Source: Kiritimatiellia bacterium (lineage in GTDB: Bacteria; Verrucomicrobiota; Kiritimatiellia; CAIVKH01). From it: 64,000 nucleotides of DNA. A program made the translations under genes and the position numbers. The first letter of the stretch is position 1. Each line of letters begins with the position of its first letter. The notes beneath the pieces were generated by a model, which saw only the letters and a program-made list of their open reading frames with translations, was not told the origin of the DNA and did not search any database. The stretch is from positions 1,216 through 65,215 of the forward strand of contig DAOLCW010000003.1 of NCBI GenBank assembly GCA_035327665.1, in the 5' to 3' direction. Shown in pieces: positions 47,258-55,393 of this stretch.

Positions 47258-49054
47258 ATGGCAACGCTTGCTATGATTGCGGTGATTACCCGAGAACATG
47301 AGGGACACCAGGTTCGGGCCCGTCTTCACGAGATGGCTGACGGCTTCAACGAGTTGATTCTGGTAGATGACGGAGTTGGGGCCTCTCTTGATCCTTTGAT
47401 CAAGGATCTAACGGAATGTTATGCATGTTTACGGGTCGTGCGCTACAGGAAACCGGCATTTTACCTTGGCTCCTGGAAGCCTCTCGTCGATGAACTCACA
47501 TCCGAGTTGGTCACCTTTTTGTCGCCATGCCTGATCCTTCGTCCGGATTATTACCGCCGAACGCTTGCCGCGTTCGAGCAACATCCAGCCTGCCGTTTGG
47601 CGTTTGGTGGAATCACGAATGGGGTGTATTCGGATGAAGTTTCCCAATTCGCTGAATCGGATGTTCACCGAATCAACCGCGAAAATTTCATCGACATGAT
47701 ACTTGCAACCACGGGCGCGCAAGGTTCCACGCCCGCGACTGCTGTTTTTCGTCGGGCAGACTTCATTGAATCGGGAGGTTTCCGATGGGAACTCGCAGGA
47801 GGGCATGGTTGGCCTCCCTTTTTAATCATCGGTTTGGGCGACGGAGCCATCTATCTCGGGGATGAATGCGGGATACGCCTTGGGGAGGATTGGTTCCCGG
47901 CGGTGTATGGCGAGACGCGTCCCCTTCGCGTATTGGATGATCTGGCCCGGATGCATCATGTGGTCAATGGTTACCATGCTACGGATGCCGTCGGCAAATG
48001 GCATCAGCGGATGAAAGACGCCTATATACATCATGTCTGCGAGCAGATTCACGCTCCCGCGATTCGCGTCAATAAAACCATGGATGCACTGTATGGGCCT
48101 GGTGGGCCCCGTCGTGGTCTTCTGGTGGCGATGGCCCAGCGCATGGTGGGATTATGTCGCAGGATCTTGGCAGGACGGATGTCGGTGACCCTGTGCGGGT
48201 ACAAGCCGGATGTGGAATGTTATGGGTGGATCAAGCCATCCTTTTCGTTCGGGGTTAATTGGCGCAACTTTATCCGGTCGAAGTACAATGAAGACCGGGT
48301 CGTGATCGCTCAACAAGATCTTCTGGATTTTCTGGAGGTCAAGAATTTTTCGGGAATGCGAGTGATGGATATCGGCTGTGGCAGTGGGATTCATTCGTTG
48401 GCAGCTTTACGCGCGGGCGCTGACGAATTGGTTTCGTTTGATTATGACTCGGCTTCCGTTGAGGCGACCCGGCGGCTTTTTGAGGATGAGGGTTCCCCTT
48501 CGCGATGGACCGTTTCGCAGGGCTCCGTACTCGATCCGGAGTTTATGGGGCGTCTTGCTCCCGCAGATCTCGTGTACTCCTGGGGTGTTCTTCACCATAC
48601 CGGACAGATGTGGGAGGCGGTGAAGGCTGCTGCACAACGAATGAAGCCCGATGGACTATTGTTTATTGCGTTGTACACCAAATGGCCGGGATCGGATGAT
48701 GCGGTACGTTTGAAGATCCGCTACAATCGGGCCGGATGGTTCCGGAAGCGCTGGATGGAGATGGTTCTGATGCGGGCCGGGGTGCCGGGAATATCTTATT
48801 TGTTTAAGGACCCCGGATTTTTCCTGGATCGACTGAAAGATAAGCTGACCTTGATTCGAACCTACCGCAAATTCCGCGGAATGAGTTTCTATCATGATAT
48901 TGTGGATTGGTTGGGGGGATATCCCTACGAAGATGCGACGGTGGAAGAAGTGGTATGGTTTTGTAAAACATTCTGTGCATTGACTCCGGTCAAGGTGCGA
49001 GATCGCGGTGGAAATCTGTGCTCCTACTATCTTTTCCGGAAGGGCAAGACGTGA
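47258..49054 (+). CDS. fusion protein: N-terminal GT2-like glycosyltransferase domain and C-terminal class I SAM methyltransferase domain
   Basis: Start ATG 47258, preceded by GGAGGAGG. N-terminal IAVITREHEG...LILVDDG, C-terminal MRVMDIGCGSGIHSLAALRAGADELVSFDYD. Confidence 0.7.
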   Translation: MATLAMIAVITREHEGHQVRARLHEMADGFNELILVDDGVGASLDPLIKDLTECYACLRVVRYRKPAFYLGSWKPLVDELTSELVTFLSPCLILRPDYYRRTLAAFEQHPACRLAFGGITNGVYSDEVSQFAESDVHRINRENFIDMILATTGAQGSTPATAVFRRADFIESGGFRWELAGGHGWPPFLIIGLGDGAIYLGDECGIRLGEDWFPAVYGETRPLRVLDDLARMHHVVNGYHATDAVGKWHQRMKDAYIHHVCEQIHAPAIRVNKTMDALYGPGGPRRGLLVAMAQRMVGLCRRILAGRMSVTLCGYKPDVECYGWIKPSFSFGVNWRNFIRSKYNEDRVVIAQQDLLDFLEVKNFSGMRVMDIGCGSGIHSLAALRAGADELVSFDYDSASVEATRRLFEDEGSPSRWTVSQGSVLDPEFMGRLAPADLVYSWGVLHHTGQMWEAVKAAAQRMKPDGLLFIALYTKWPGSDDAVRLKIRYNRAGWFRKRWMEMVLMRAGVPGISYLFKDPGFFLDRLKDKLTLIRTYRKFRGMSFYHDIVDWLGGYPYEDATVEEVVWFCKTFCALTPVKVRDRGGNLCSYYLFRKGKT

Positions 49055-49164
49055 CGCAACGCGGTGTTTCACCGCGTTGCGAACGTGGCAGCCCCGTTTG
49101 GATGCGGCTCCGCCGCATCCATCACGGCCGCGAAGCGGCGGATTATTCACGTTCGTGAATAATC
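49055..49164 (+). other. three consecutive perfect palindromic hairpins directly after the stop codon
   Basis: 12-bp stem at 49055-49081 (CGCAACGCGGTG TTT CACCGCGTTGCG). 10-bp stem at 49099-49121 (TGGATGCGGC TCC GCCGCATCCA). 24-nt palindrome at 49141-49164 (GATTATTCACGTTCGTGAATAATC). None has a U-tract. Confidence 0.85.
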
Positions 49165-49222
49165 AGGGCTAACCTTCTGATCTTGTCGTGTCCTGACCCC
49201 ATAACCCTCCTTTTTCCTGATT

Positions 49223-51013
49223 ATGTGCGGATATTTGTTTTATGCCTCGGCGGCCGATGTGATCTCACGGGAGGTTTTCGACGGTTGCCGGGACTTGCTG
49301 GCCCATCGGGGGCCGGATGCCGCGCAAACCGTGTCGCTCCGGGACGGTCGGGTTCACATGGGACATCGACGGCTTTCGATTCTTGATTTATCGGATTCTG
49401 CCAACCAACCCATGCGGTTAGGGGGTCTTTGGGTTGTGTACAATGGAGAAGTCTATAACTATCCGGATTTGAAGCGGGAGCTGGAATCCCGGGGCAGTAT
49501 TTTCCATACCCACTGTGATACCGAGGTTCTGCTGCATGGCTATCAAGCATGGGGAGAAGACCTGCCGAATCACCTTGTCGGAATGTTTTCGTTTTGCATC
49601 TGGGACGATGCGAAAGGACGTCTTTTCGGCGCCCGCGATCACGCGGGCCAAAAACCGTTTTTCTACCGGTGTGACCGCCGTCGGCTCATGATTGCTTCGG
49701 AGGTCAAAGCCATTCTTCCGCTGCTTTCCACGCGACCCAAGATCAGGCGTGAATCGATCAAGGATTTCTTTGTCTTCGACGAAGTGCCCGATCCGTACAC
49801 TTGGTATGACGGGATTATGAGTCTGCCACCCGGCCACAGCCTGTCGGTGTCGGTGGGAGATGGAGTGGGGCAACCCAATCGCCGTGCCTATTGGACGTTC
49901 CGTCCGCCGGAAAAGCCGCTGCAGATCCGGTCGCGTGAAGCTATGGAACACGCGGGGGACTTGCTGGAGCGTTCGGTGAAGTTGCACCAACTGGCCGATG
50001 TCGAGGTCGGGGCGTTTCTCAGTGGTGGACTGGATAGCGCGGGAGTGGTTGCACTTGAGGCAAGCCAGCGGCAGGATCCTGTACGCACGTTCACGGTGGG
50101 GTATGTCGATGATGCGGGGGAAATTCCGCTTGCCCGTCAGGTCGCCGAACGCTGGAGGTGCCGCCATACCGAGGCCTTGTTTGACCGCCATGGGATGGAT
50201 GCCGCCTTCGACCGTTCCTTCGACCTCTTTGACAGTCCCTTTGGCGATGCATCTCAGTTTCCAACTTACGAGGTTTCGCGCCTCGCCGCCAAGGGTGTTA
50301 AAGTTGTTTTGACCGGCGATGGTGGCGACGAGGTCTTCGGGGGGTATTGGAATCTAGGGAAGTACATGGGCGGTCCTCCGTTGCGATCCTGGCGTCCGTC
50401 GGATGTGGTGAACCACATCCGACATCACGCACAGTTGCGAGCCGAATGGCAGGCAACGCTCAACTTCGGACATTCGCCGGAGCGAAGCGAGGTCGTGGAC
50501 ATGTGGCTGGGACCGGAATTAGCCGATCTGAAGGATTATGATCCGATGCCGTACTACATGGAACATTGGCTACCGGAACTCGATCCGTTCCGCCGCGCCC
50601 AGTGGTTGGATTTCAAGACCTATCTTCCCGAGGTTCTCAAAAAGGTGGACCGCTGCGCGATGGCGCACTCACTCGAGGCGCGCTGCCCGATGTTGCTACC
50701 CGAACTGGTCGAATTCGCGTTCTCGCTTCCAGTCGAAGTCAAGAATCCCGGCGGCCGCTTCAAGCACCTTTACAAAGAGTGGCTCAAGAGTCGGCGGCTG
50801 GTGCCCCTTCCGCTTTTCAAAGCCCCGAAAAAGGGCTTCGCAGTGTCCTATACCGCAGCTCGCCATATCCGCAGCGACGAAAGTAAGCTTCGCCTATTTC
50901 AGGAGGTCTGTGATGCCGGATGGTTTAACGGTAATGCGAAGCAGTCCGTAAACGAACACTGGGGACGCCTCTGGCGCTTCGCCCTGATCAGCCGGGCGTT
51001 GATGGAGAGCTGA
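49223..51013 (+). CDS. asnB: asparagine synthase (glutamine-hydrolysing) family amidotransferase
   Basis: 596 aa. N-terminal MCG nucleophile, HRRLSILD, YNGEVYNY, and SGGLDS PP-loop. Confidence 0.9.
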   Translation: MCGYLFYASAADVISREVFDGCRDLLAHRGPDAAQTVSLRDGRVHMGHRRLSILDLSDSANQPMRLGGLWVVYNGEVYNYPDLKRELESRGSIFHTHCDTEVLLHGYQAWGEDLPNHLVGMFSFCIWDDAKGRLFGARDHAGQKPFFYRCDRRRLMIASEVKAILPLLSTRPKIRRESIKDFFVFDEVPDPYTWYDGIMSLPPGHSLSVSVGDGVGQPNRRAYWTFRPPEKPLQIRSREAMEHAGDLLERSVKLHQLADVEVGAFLSGGLDSAGVVALEASQRQDPVRTFTVGYVDDAGEIPLARQVAERWRCRHTEALFDRHGMDAAFDRSFDLFDSPFGDASQFPTYEVSRLAAKGVKVVLTGDGGDEVFGGYWNLGKYMGGPPLRSWRPSDVVNHIRHHAQLRAEWQATLNFGHSPERSEVVDMWLGPELADLKDYDPMPYYMEHWLPELDPFRRAQWLDFKTYLPEVLKKVDRCAMAHSLEARCPMLLPELVEFAFSLPVEVKNPGGRFKHLYKEWLKSRRLVPLPLFKAPKKGFAVSYTAARHIRSDESKLRLFQEVCDAGWFNGNAKQSVNEHWGRLWRFALISRALMES

Positions 51014-51513
51014 AGACGGAGGAGCGCAGACGAAAGAAAGACTGAAGACGGAGGATGGTTGTCGATAAAGTTTACGACAAAGCTTCCGACAAAGATGGGA
51101 AATGGGGAACAAGGTAGCAAGGTTGCAAGGGTTCAGGGGAAGTGATTCAGTATCCCAAACTTTGTGTTGAACTTAATCCTGTTGCGGTATGGGGGACAAA
51201 GTATGACCGAATACGAGTAGACGACGTGTGACCACGTTGCCACCTTGCACCCTTGTTACCCTGCACCCTTTTCACCTATGCTTCGCTCCGAAGACGGAGC
51301 TTCCACCGTTGACCTCCGGGCTATGGCGGACAAGACGCAGGGCAAGCCAAGAACCAAGCACCAAACACTCGTATCCCCAGCACCAGAGACTCCCTTCGGT
51401 CGTCGCGGTGCGGGGCAGGCCCGAATCCCGTATCCCGCAACCCGCATCCCGTATCTCGTAACCCGAATCCCGTATCCCGCATCTCGTATCCCGTATCTCG
51501 CATCCCGCCCCCC
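51014..51513 (+). repeat. dispersed composite intergenic element, copy 1 (full length)
   Basis: Order along the element: CGACAAAG words, purine octamer arm (51095-51140), unique core (51141-51235), pyrimidine arm (51236-51272). Then GCTCCG-AAGA-CGGAGC hairpin, 24-mer 51321-51344, leader hairpin 51380-51411, and 12 heptamers (51427-51510) up to the ATG. Confidence 0.85.
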
Positions 51514-52929
51514 ATGCTGTTTAATTCCATCGATTTTGTTTTGTTTTTTGCCGTCGTGTACGGCCTGTACCTGGTCTTGCGGCATCGGGCACAAAACTGG
51601 CTGCTGCTGGGGGCCAGCTATTTCTTCTACGGATGCTGGGACTGGCGGTTTCTTTCCCTTATCCTGATTTCCACCCTGGTGGACTACGTTTGCGGGTTAA
51701 AGATCCATGAAGCGACGCGCCCGGGAACACGGCGAGGATTTCTGGTCCTCAGCATGGTCAGCAACCTGGGGTTGCTGTTCTTTTTTAAATATTTCGGTTT
51801 TTTCGCGGAAAGCGCCCAGGTTTTGTTCCAGCGCCTGGGTATGGAGTTGGACTGGGTAACCCTGCACTTTGTGCTGCCCGTCGGCATCTCGTTTTATACG
51901 TTTCAGACCATGAGCTACACGATCGATATCTATCGCCGTGAGCTCAAGCCGACCCGCGACCTGCTCGACTTTGCCGTTTTTGTCGCGTTTTTCCCTCAAT
52001 TGGTGGCGGGGCCGATTGAGCGGGCCCGGCACTTGCTTCCTCAGGTTCAACTGCGGAGGGTTCTCACCTATCCCATGATTCGCGAAGGTTGCTGGCTGAT
52101 CCTGTTGGGATACTTCAAAAAAGTGGTGATCGCGGACAACATGGCCCCCCTGGTGGCCACGGTGTTCGATCATCCCGACCAGGCCTACGGGTTGTCCATT
52201 CTTGCTGCAACGGTGGCGTTTGCCTTTCAGATTTACGGGGATTTTTCCGGGTACACCGATATTGCCCGGGGAATCAGCAAGTTGATGGGTTTCGACATCA
52301 TGCTCAATTTCCGCATGCCGTACTTTGCCTTGAATCCCCAGGACTTTTGGAAGCGGTGGCATATCAGCCTGTCCACCTGGCTGCGCGATTATTTGTACAT
52401 CCCGTTGGGGGGCAACCGGGGCGGGACCGTCTTCACCTATCGTAATTTAACCTTAACCATGTTGTTGGGGGGACTGTGGCATGGCGCGGCCTGGCATTTT
52501 GTCGCGTGGGGGGCCTACCATGGGCTGTTGTTGGTCGGCCATCGTCTCCTCCTGCCCATCTTGTCCCTGATCCAGCCCACATCGCTGATCGGGCAGCGTG
52601 TCTGGCATTGGGTTCGTCTTACCGGTTTCTTCGGGTTGACCTGTTTCGGGTGGATGTTGTTCCGGGTTGAGTCGTTGGCCGATGTCCCGGTTTTGCTTTC
52701 CAACATCGTTCAGCCCTTTGCCTGGAATGGAAAGGTTGCCATGTTGACCATGGCGTGTCTTTTGCCACCGCTGCTGATTCTGGATTATTGGCAGGAAAAG
52801 ACCGGGGATTTGCTGGTGGTGAAGCGCTGGCCCGCGCCGGTGCGCCTAGCCACCTATGCTACCTTGTTCGCGTTCATTGTGATGACAGGCTGGGTGGAGC
52901 GTATTGAGTTCATCTATTTCCAGTTCTGA
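51514..52929 (+). CDS. MBOAT-family membrane O-acyltransferase (AlgI/DltB-like)
   Basis: 471 aa. WHISLSTWLRDYLYIPLGGNR with the catalytic His, plus GGLWHGA. Confidence 0.9.
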   Translation: MLFNSIDFVLFFAVVYGLYLVLRHRAQNWLLLGASYFFYGCWDWRFLSLILISTLVDYVCGLKIHEATRPGTRRGFLVLSMVSNLGLLFFFKYFGFFAESAQVLFQRLGMELDWVTLHFVLPVGISFYTFQTMSYTIDIYRRELKPTRDLLDFAVFVAFFPQLVAGPIERARHLLPQVQLRRVLTYPMIREGCWLILLGYFKKVVIADNMAPLVATVFDHPDQAYGLSILAATVAFAFQIYGDFSGYTDIARGISKLMGFDIMLNFRMPYFALNPQDFWKRWHISLSTWLRDYLYIPLGGNRGGTVFTYRNLTLTMLLGGLWHGAAWHFVAWGAYHGLLLVGHRLLLPILSLIQPTSLIGQRVWHWVRLTGFFGLTCFGWMLFRVESLADVPVLLSNIVQPFAWNGKVAMLTMACLLPPLLILDYWQEKTGDLLVVKRWPAPVRLATYATLFAFIVMTGWVERIEFIYFQF

Positions 52930-52984
52930 TGTGAAGGGATAAAGACGGAATCTCGCGCGGTAACCGCGAAACAAACGTCCTATT

Positions 52985-53500
52985 TTCAACACGGAGTGCA
53001 CGGAGGACACGGAGAAAGACAGAATGAAATCCTCTCCGTGGTCTCTGTGTTCTTCAGCGAAGCGGATGGTAGAATAAAGTTCAGATACGAAGACTTCCGA
53101 AGATCCGCATTGAAACAATGTTTTTCACCACGGAGTGCACGAAGGACGCGGAGAAAAAACAGAATGAAATCCTCTCCGTGGTCTCTGTGTTCTCCAGCGA
53201 AGCGGGTGGTAGAATCAAATTCCGATACGAAGACTTCCGAAGATCCGTATTGAAAAGATATTCTCCACCACGGAGTGCAAGGGGGACACGGAGAAAAAAC
53301 AGAATAAAATCCTCTCCGTGGGCTCTGTGTTCTCCAGCGAAGCGGGTGGTAGAATAAAGTTCCGATACGAAGACTTCCGAAGATCCGTATTGAAAAGATA
53401 TTATTTACCACGGAGTGCAAGGGGGACACGGAGAAAAAGCAGAATAAAATCCTCTTCGTGGTCTCTGTGCCCTCCAGCGAAGCGGGTGGTAGAATTAAGA
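52985..53500 (+). repeat. tandem array of about 3.7 units of a 139-140 bp repeat, each unit containing a long hairpin
   Basis: ACGGAGTGCA anchors at 52991, 53130, 53270 and 53410. In unit 1, CACGGAGA (53008-53015) pairs with TCTCCGTG (53033-53040), extendable with G-U pairs. Confidence 0.9.
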
Positions 53501-53541
53501 TGTCTTCCAAAGGTACTGAAACCTGGCGTTAAACCTCTCTC

Positions 53542-54618
53542 ATGATCACCCTCGATTTGTATAAAGCCTACACCGGCCTGCCCCTGCGAACCCATGTATG
53601 GCATGGCCTTCTCGTGTTTACCGGTTTGTGCATCCTGGTTGGGGGTTCGTATGTGCTCCGGCGCTCCGGTGGTTCTGAATCCATTGTTGGACCTCCTTAC
53701 ATGTCTTTGGTGGACGACCAACTCGAAGTCATCTATGCCGGAACCTCCCATATCGGGTATGGGATTGATCCGAGAATCTACAGCCTGCGGGGAATGAACG
53801 TCTCCGCCGGTGCACTGAATTATGAATTAATGGAAAAGGTGATTGCCAGGTATCTCAACCGGGCGCCCAACCTCCGGCTTTTGGTTCTGGAGGCGGGCAT
53901 TGTCCCGCTTCGGGTCGATACCATGGCACGATTGGACGGCGATTACCAAAGTTTGTACCGTCTCGGTCTTGATTTGTCTGATCTCCCCCTGCCTTTTTAC
54001 CGGAAAGCGATGCAAGGCCTCAAGGAGTCATGGATCTTGTACCCGATTTACTTCATGGACCGTTGGTCACCCTCGATATGGGTCTGGGGTCGAAGACGAC
54101 TGGGCAGTGAAGGGGAAGGTCGCGTGGACACCCGGGGACACACGACTCTGGACCGGGTAATTTCGTCTCGAAACGATGGACGGGTGGTGGTTGCGCACCA
54201 TCAGGCTGACCATCTTGCTATGGATCATTCACCGGTTAATCTTCCCGCGCTGATCCGGATGCTGGACATGGCTGAACAGCGCCGACTACCGGTGCTGTTT
54301 TTGCGTATGCCTCACCATGCCAGCTATGTCGAACATCGGCCTGCCGAATGGGAGGCTCATGTGCAGGCTATGCTGACCGAGGTGTTGACAACCGTTAGGC
54401 CAGGAAGCGTCACCTATTTGGATTGGGAGCAGGGAATGATCTATATGGATGCCCATTTTGCCGATGGGGATCATCTAAACCGGGAGGGGGTTATAGCCCT
54501 TCGGGATGCACTTGATCCCGTTCTTCTCAGCATGGTCTCTTCGGCTCATCCAGAGGATTCGCCCTACCCGATTCACGGCGCACCGGTTGATCGTGAAAAA
54601 GCGATGGCTTTGCCGTGA
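53542..54618 (+). CDS. membrane-anchored hypothetical protein, possible SGNH/DUF1574-like partner of the MBOAT enzyme
   Basis: 358 aa. N-terminal TM, YAGTSHIGYG and FADGDHLNREG blocks reminiscent of SGNH blocks I and V. Assignment is weak. Confidence 0.5.
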   Translation: MITLDLYKAYTGLPLRTHVWHGLLVFTGLCILVGGSYVLRRSGGSESIVGPPYMSLVDDQLEVIYAGTSHIGYGIDPRIYSLRGMNVSAGALNYELMEKVIARYLNRAPNLRLLVLEAGIVPLRVDTMARLDGDYQSLYRLGLDLSDLPLPFYRKAMQGLKESWILYPIYFMDRWSPSIWVWGRRRLGSEGEGRVDTRGHTTLDRVISSRNDGRVVVAHHQADHLAMDHSPVNLPALIRMLDMAEQRRLPVLFLRMPHHASYVEHRPAEWEAHVQAMLTEVLTTVRPGSVTYLDWEQGMIYMDAHFADGDHLNREGVIALRDALDPVLLSMVSSAHPEDSPYPIHGAPVDREKAMALP

Positions 54619-54730
54619 GGCACTCTTTGGAAATGGATGGTCCGGGTGTACGAGGATGGAACATGGAGGGTGCGACCTCGCTCACCTACGCCTACACCCC
54701 AATCTCTCTGGTTGCGGATGAACGAGACGT

Positions 54731-55345
54731 TTGGTTGTGATTAAATCTCTACAAGCTTTCCGGGGATCATGGGGGCGCACCCTTTTATTTTCTTTGGGTT
54801 TACGCACGCGCCGGGTTCGCTTATATCCCGGGGTCCACGCCTCATGGTCACGCAACGCCTCGGTCATCGGGGATGGCAGGCTCGATCTGGGGATCCCATG
54901 GCCGGGACTTCCTTGCCGAACCGGGGAAATCCGGTTGGGGGAGCAATCCACGCTGGAGCTTCAAGGGGGAATGACCCTGTATACCGATTTCCATCTTTCG
55001 ATTTCACCGGGGGCACGGGTCTTCCTGGGCAGCGGATACATCAATAGCGGACTGCGATTGGATTGCTACGAGTCCATCCGTATCGGTTTCAGTGTCGCCA
55101 TTGGCCCCGAAGTAATCATCCGGGACAGTGACAATCATTCCCTGGATGACAAACCGTTGACCGCGCCGGTGGTGATCGGAGATCATGTGTGGATCGGGGC
55201 CAGAGCGATGATTCTGAAAGGGGTAACCATCGGTGATGGCGCGGTGATCGCCGCCGGTGCGGTGGTGACCCGGAATATTCCCCCCGGTGCCCTCGCCACC
55301 GGTGTCCCCGCCCGGGTTATTCGCGAAGACGTCCACTGGAGCTGA
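54731..55345 (+). CDS. hexapeptide-repeat (left-handed beta-helix) sugar O-acetyltransferase
   Basis: IGDHVWIGARAMILKGVTIGDGAVIAAGAVVTRNIPPGALATGVPARVI. Only non-ATG starts are available (TTG 54731 or GTG 54737) after an in-frame TGA at 54719. Confidence 0.75.
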   Translation: MVVIKSLQAFRGSWGRTLLFSLGLRTRRVRLYPGVHASWSRNASVIGDGRLDLGIPWPGLPCRTGEIRLGEQSTLELQGGMTLYTDFHLSISPGARVFLGSGYINSGLRLDCYESIRIGFSVAIGPEVIIRDSDNHSLDDKPLTAPVVIGDHVWIGARAMILKGVTIGDGAVIAAGAVVTRNIPPGALATGVPARVIREDVHWS

Positions 55346-55355
55346 ATCTCCCGTC

Positions 55356-55390
55356 AAGCACGAAGCACGAAGCACAAAACACGAAGCACC
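55356..55390 (+). repeat. CACGAAG heptamer run abutting the next start codon
   Basis: AAGCACGAAGCACGAAGCACAAAACACGAAGCACCATC then the ATG at 55394. Confidence 0.85.
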
Positions 55391-55393
55391 ATC

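Noticed and set aside
52985-53500. Possible CRISPR array (regularly spaced repeats with an internal palindrome).
   Set aside because: The entire ~140-bp unit repeats, so there are no unique spacers between short repeats. No cas genes are in the window. It is better described as a tandem hairpin-unit array.
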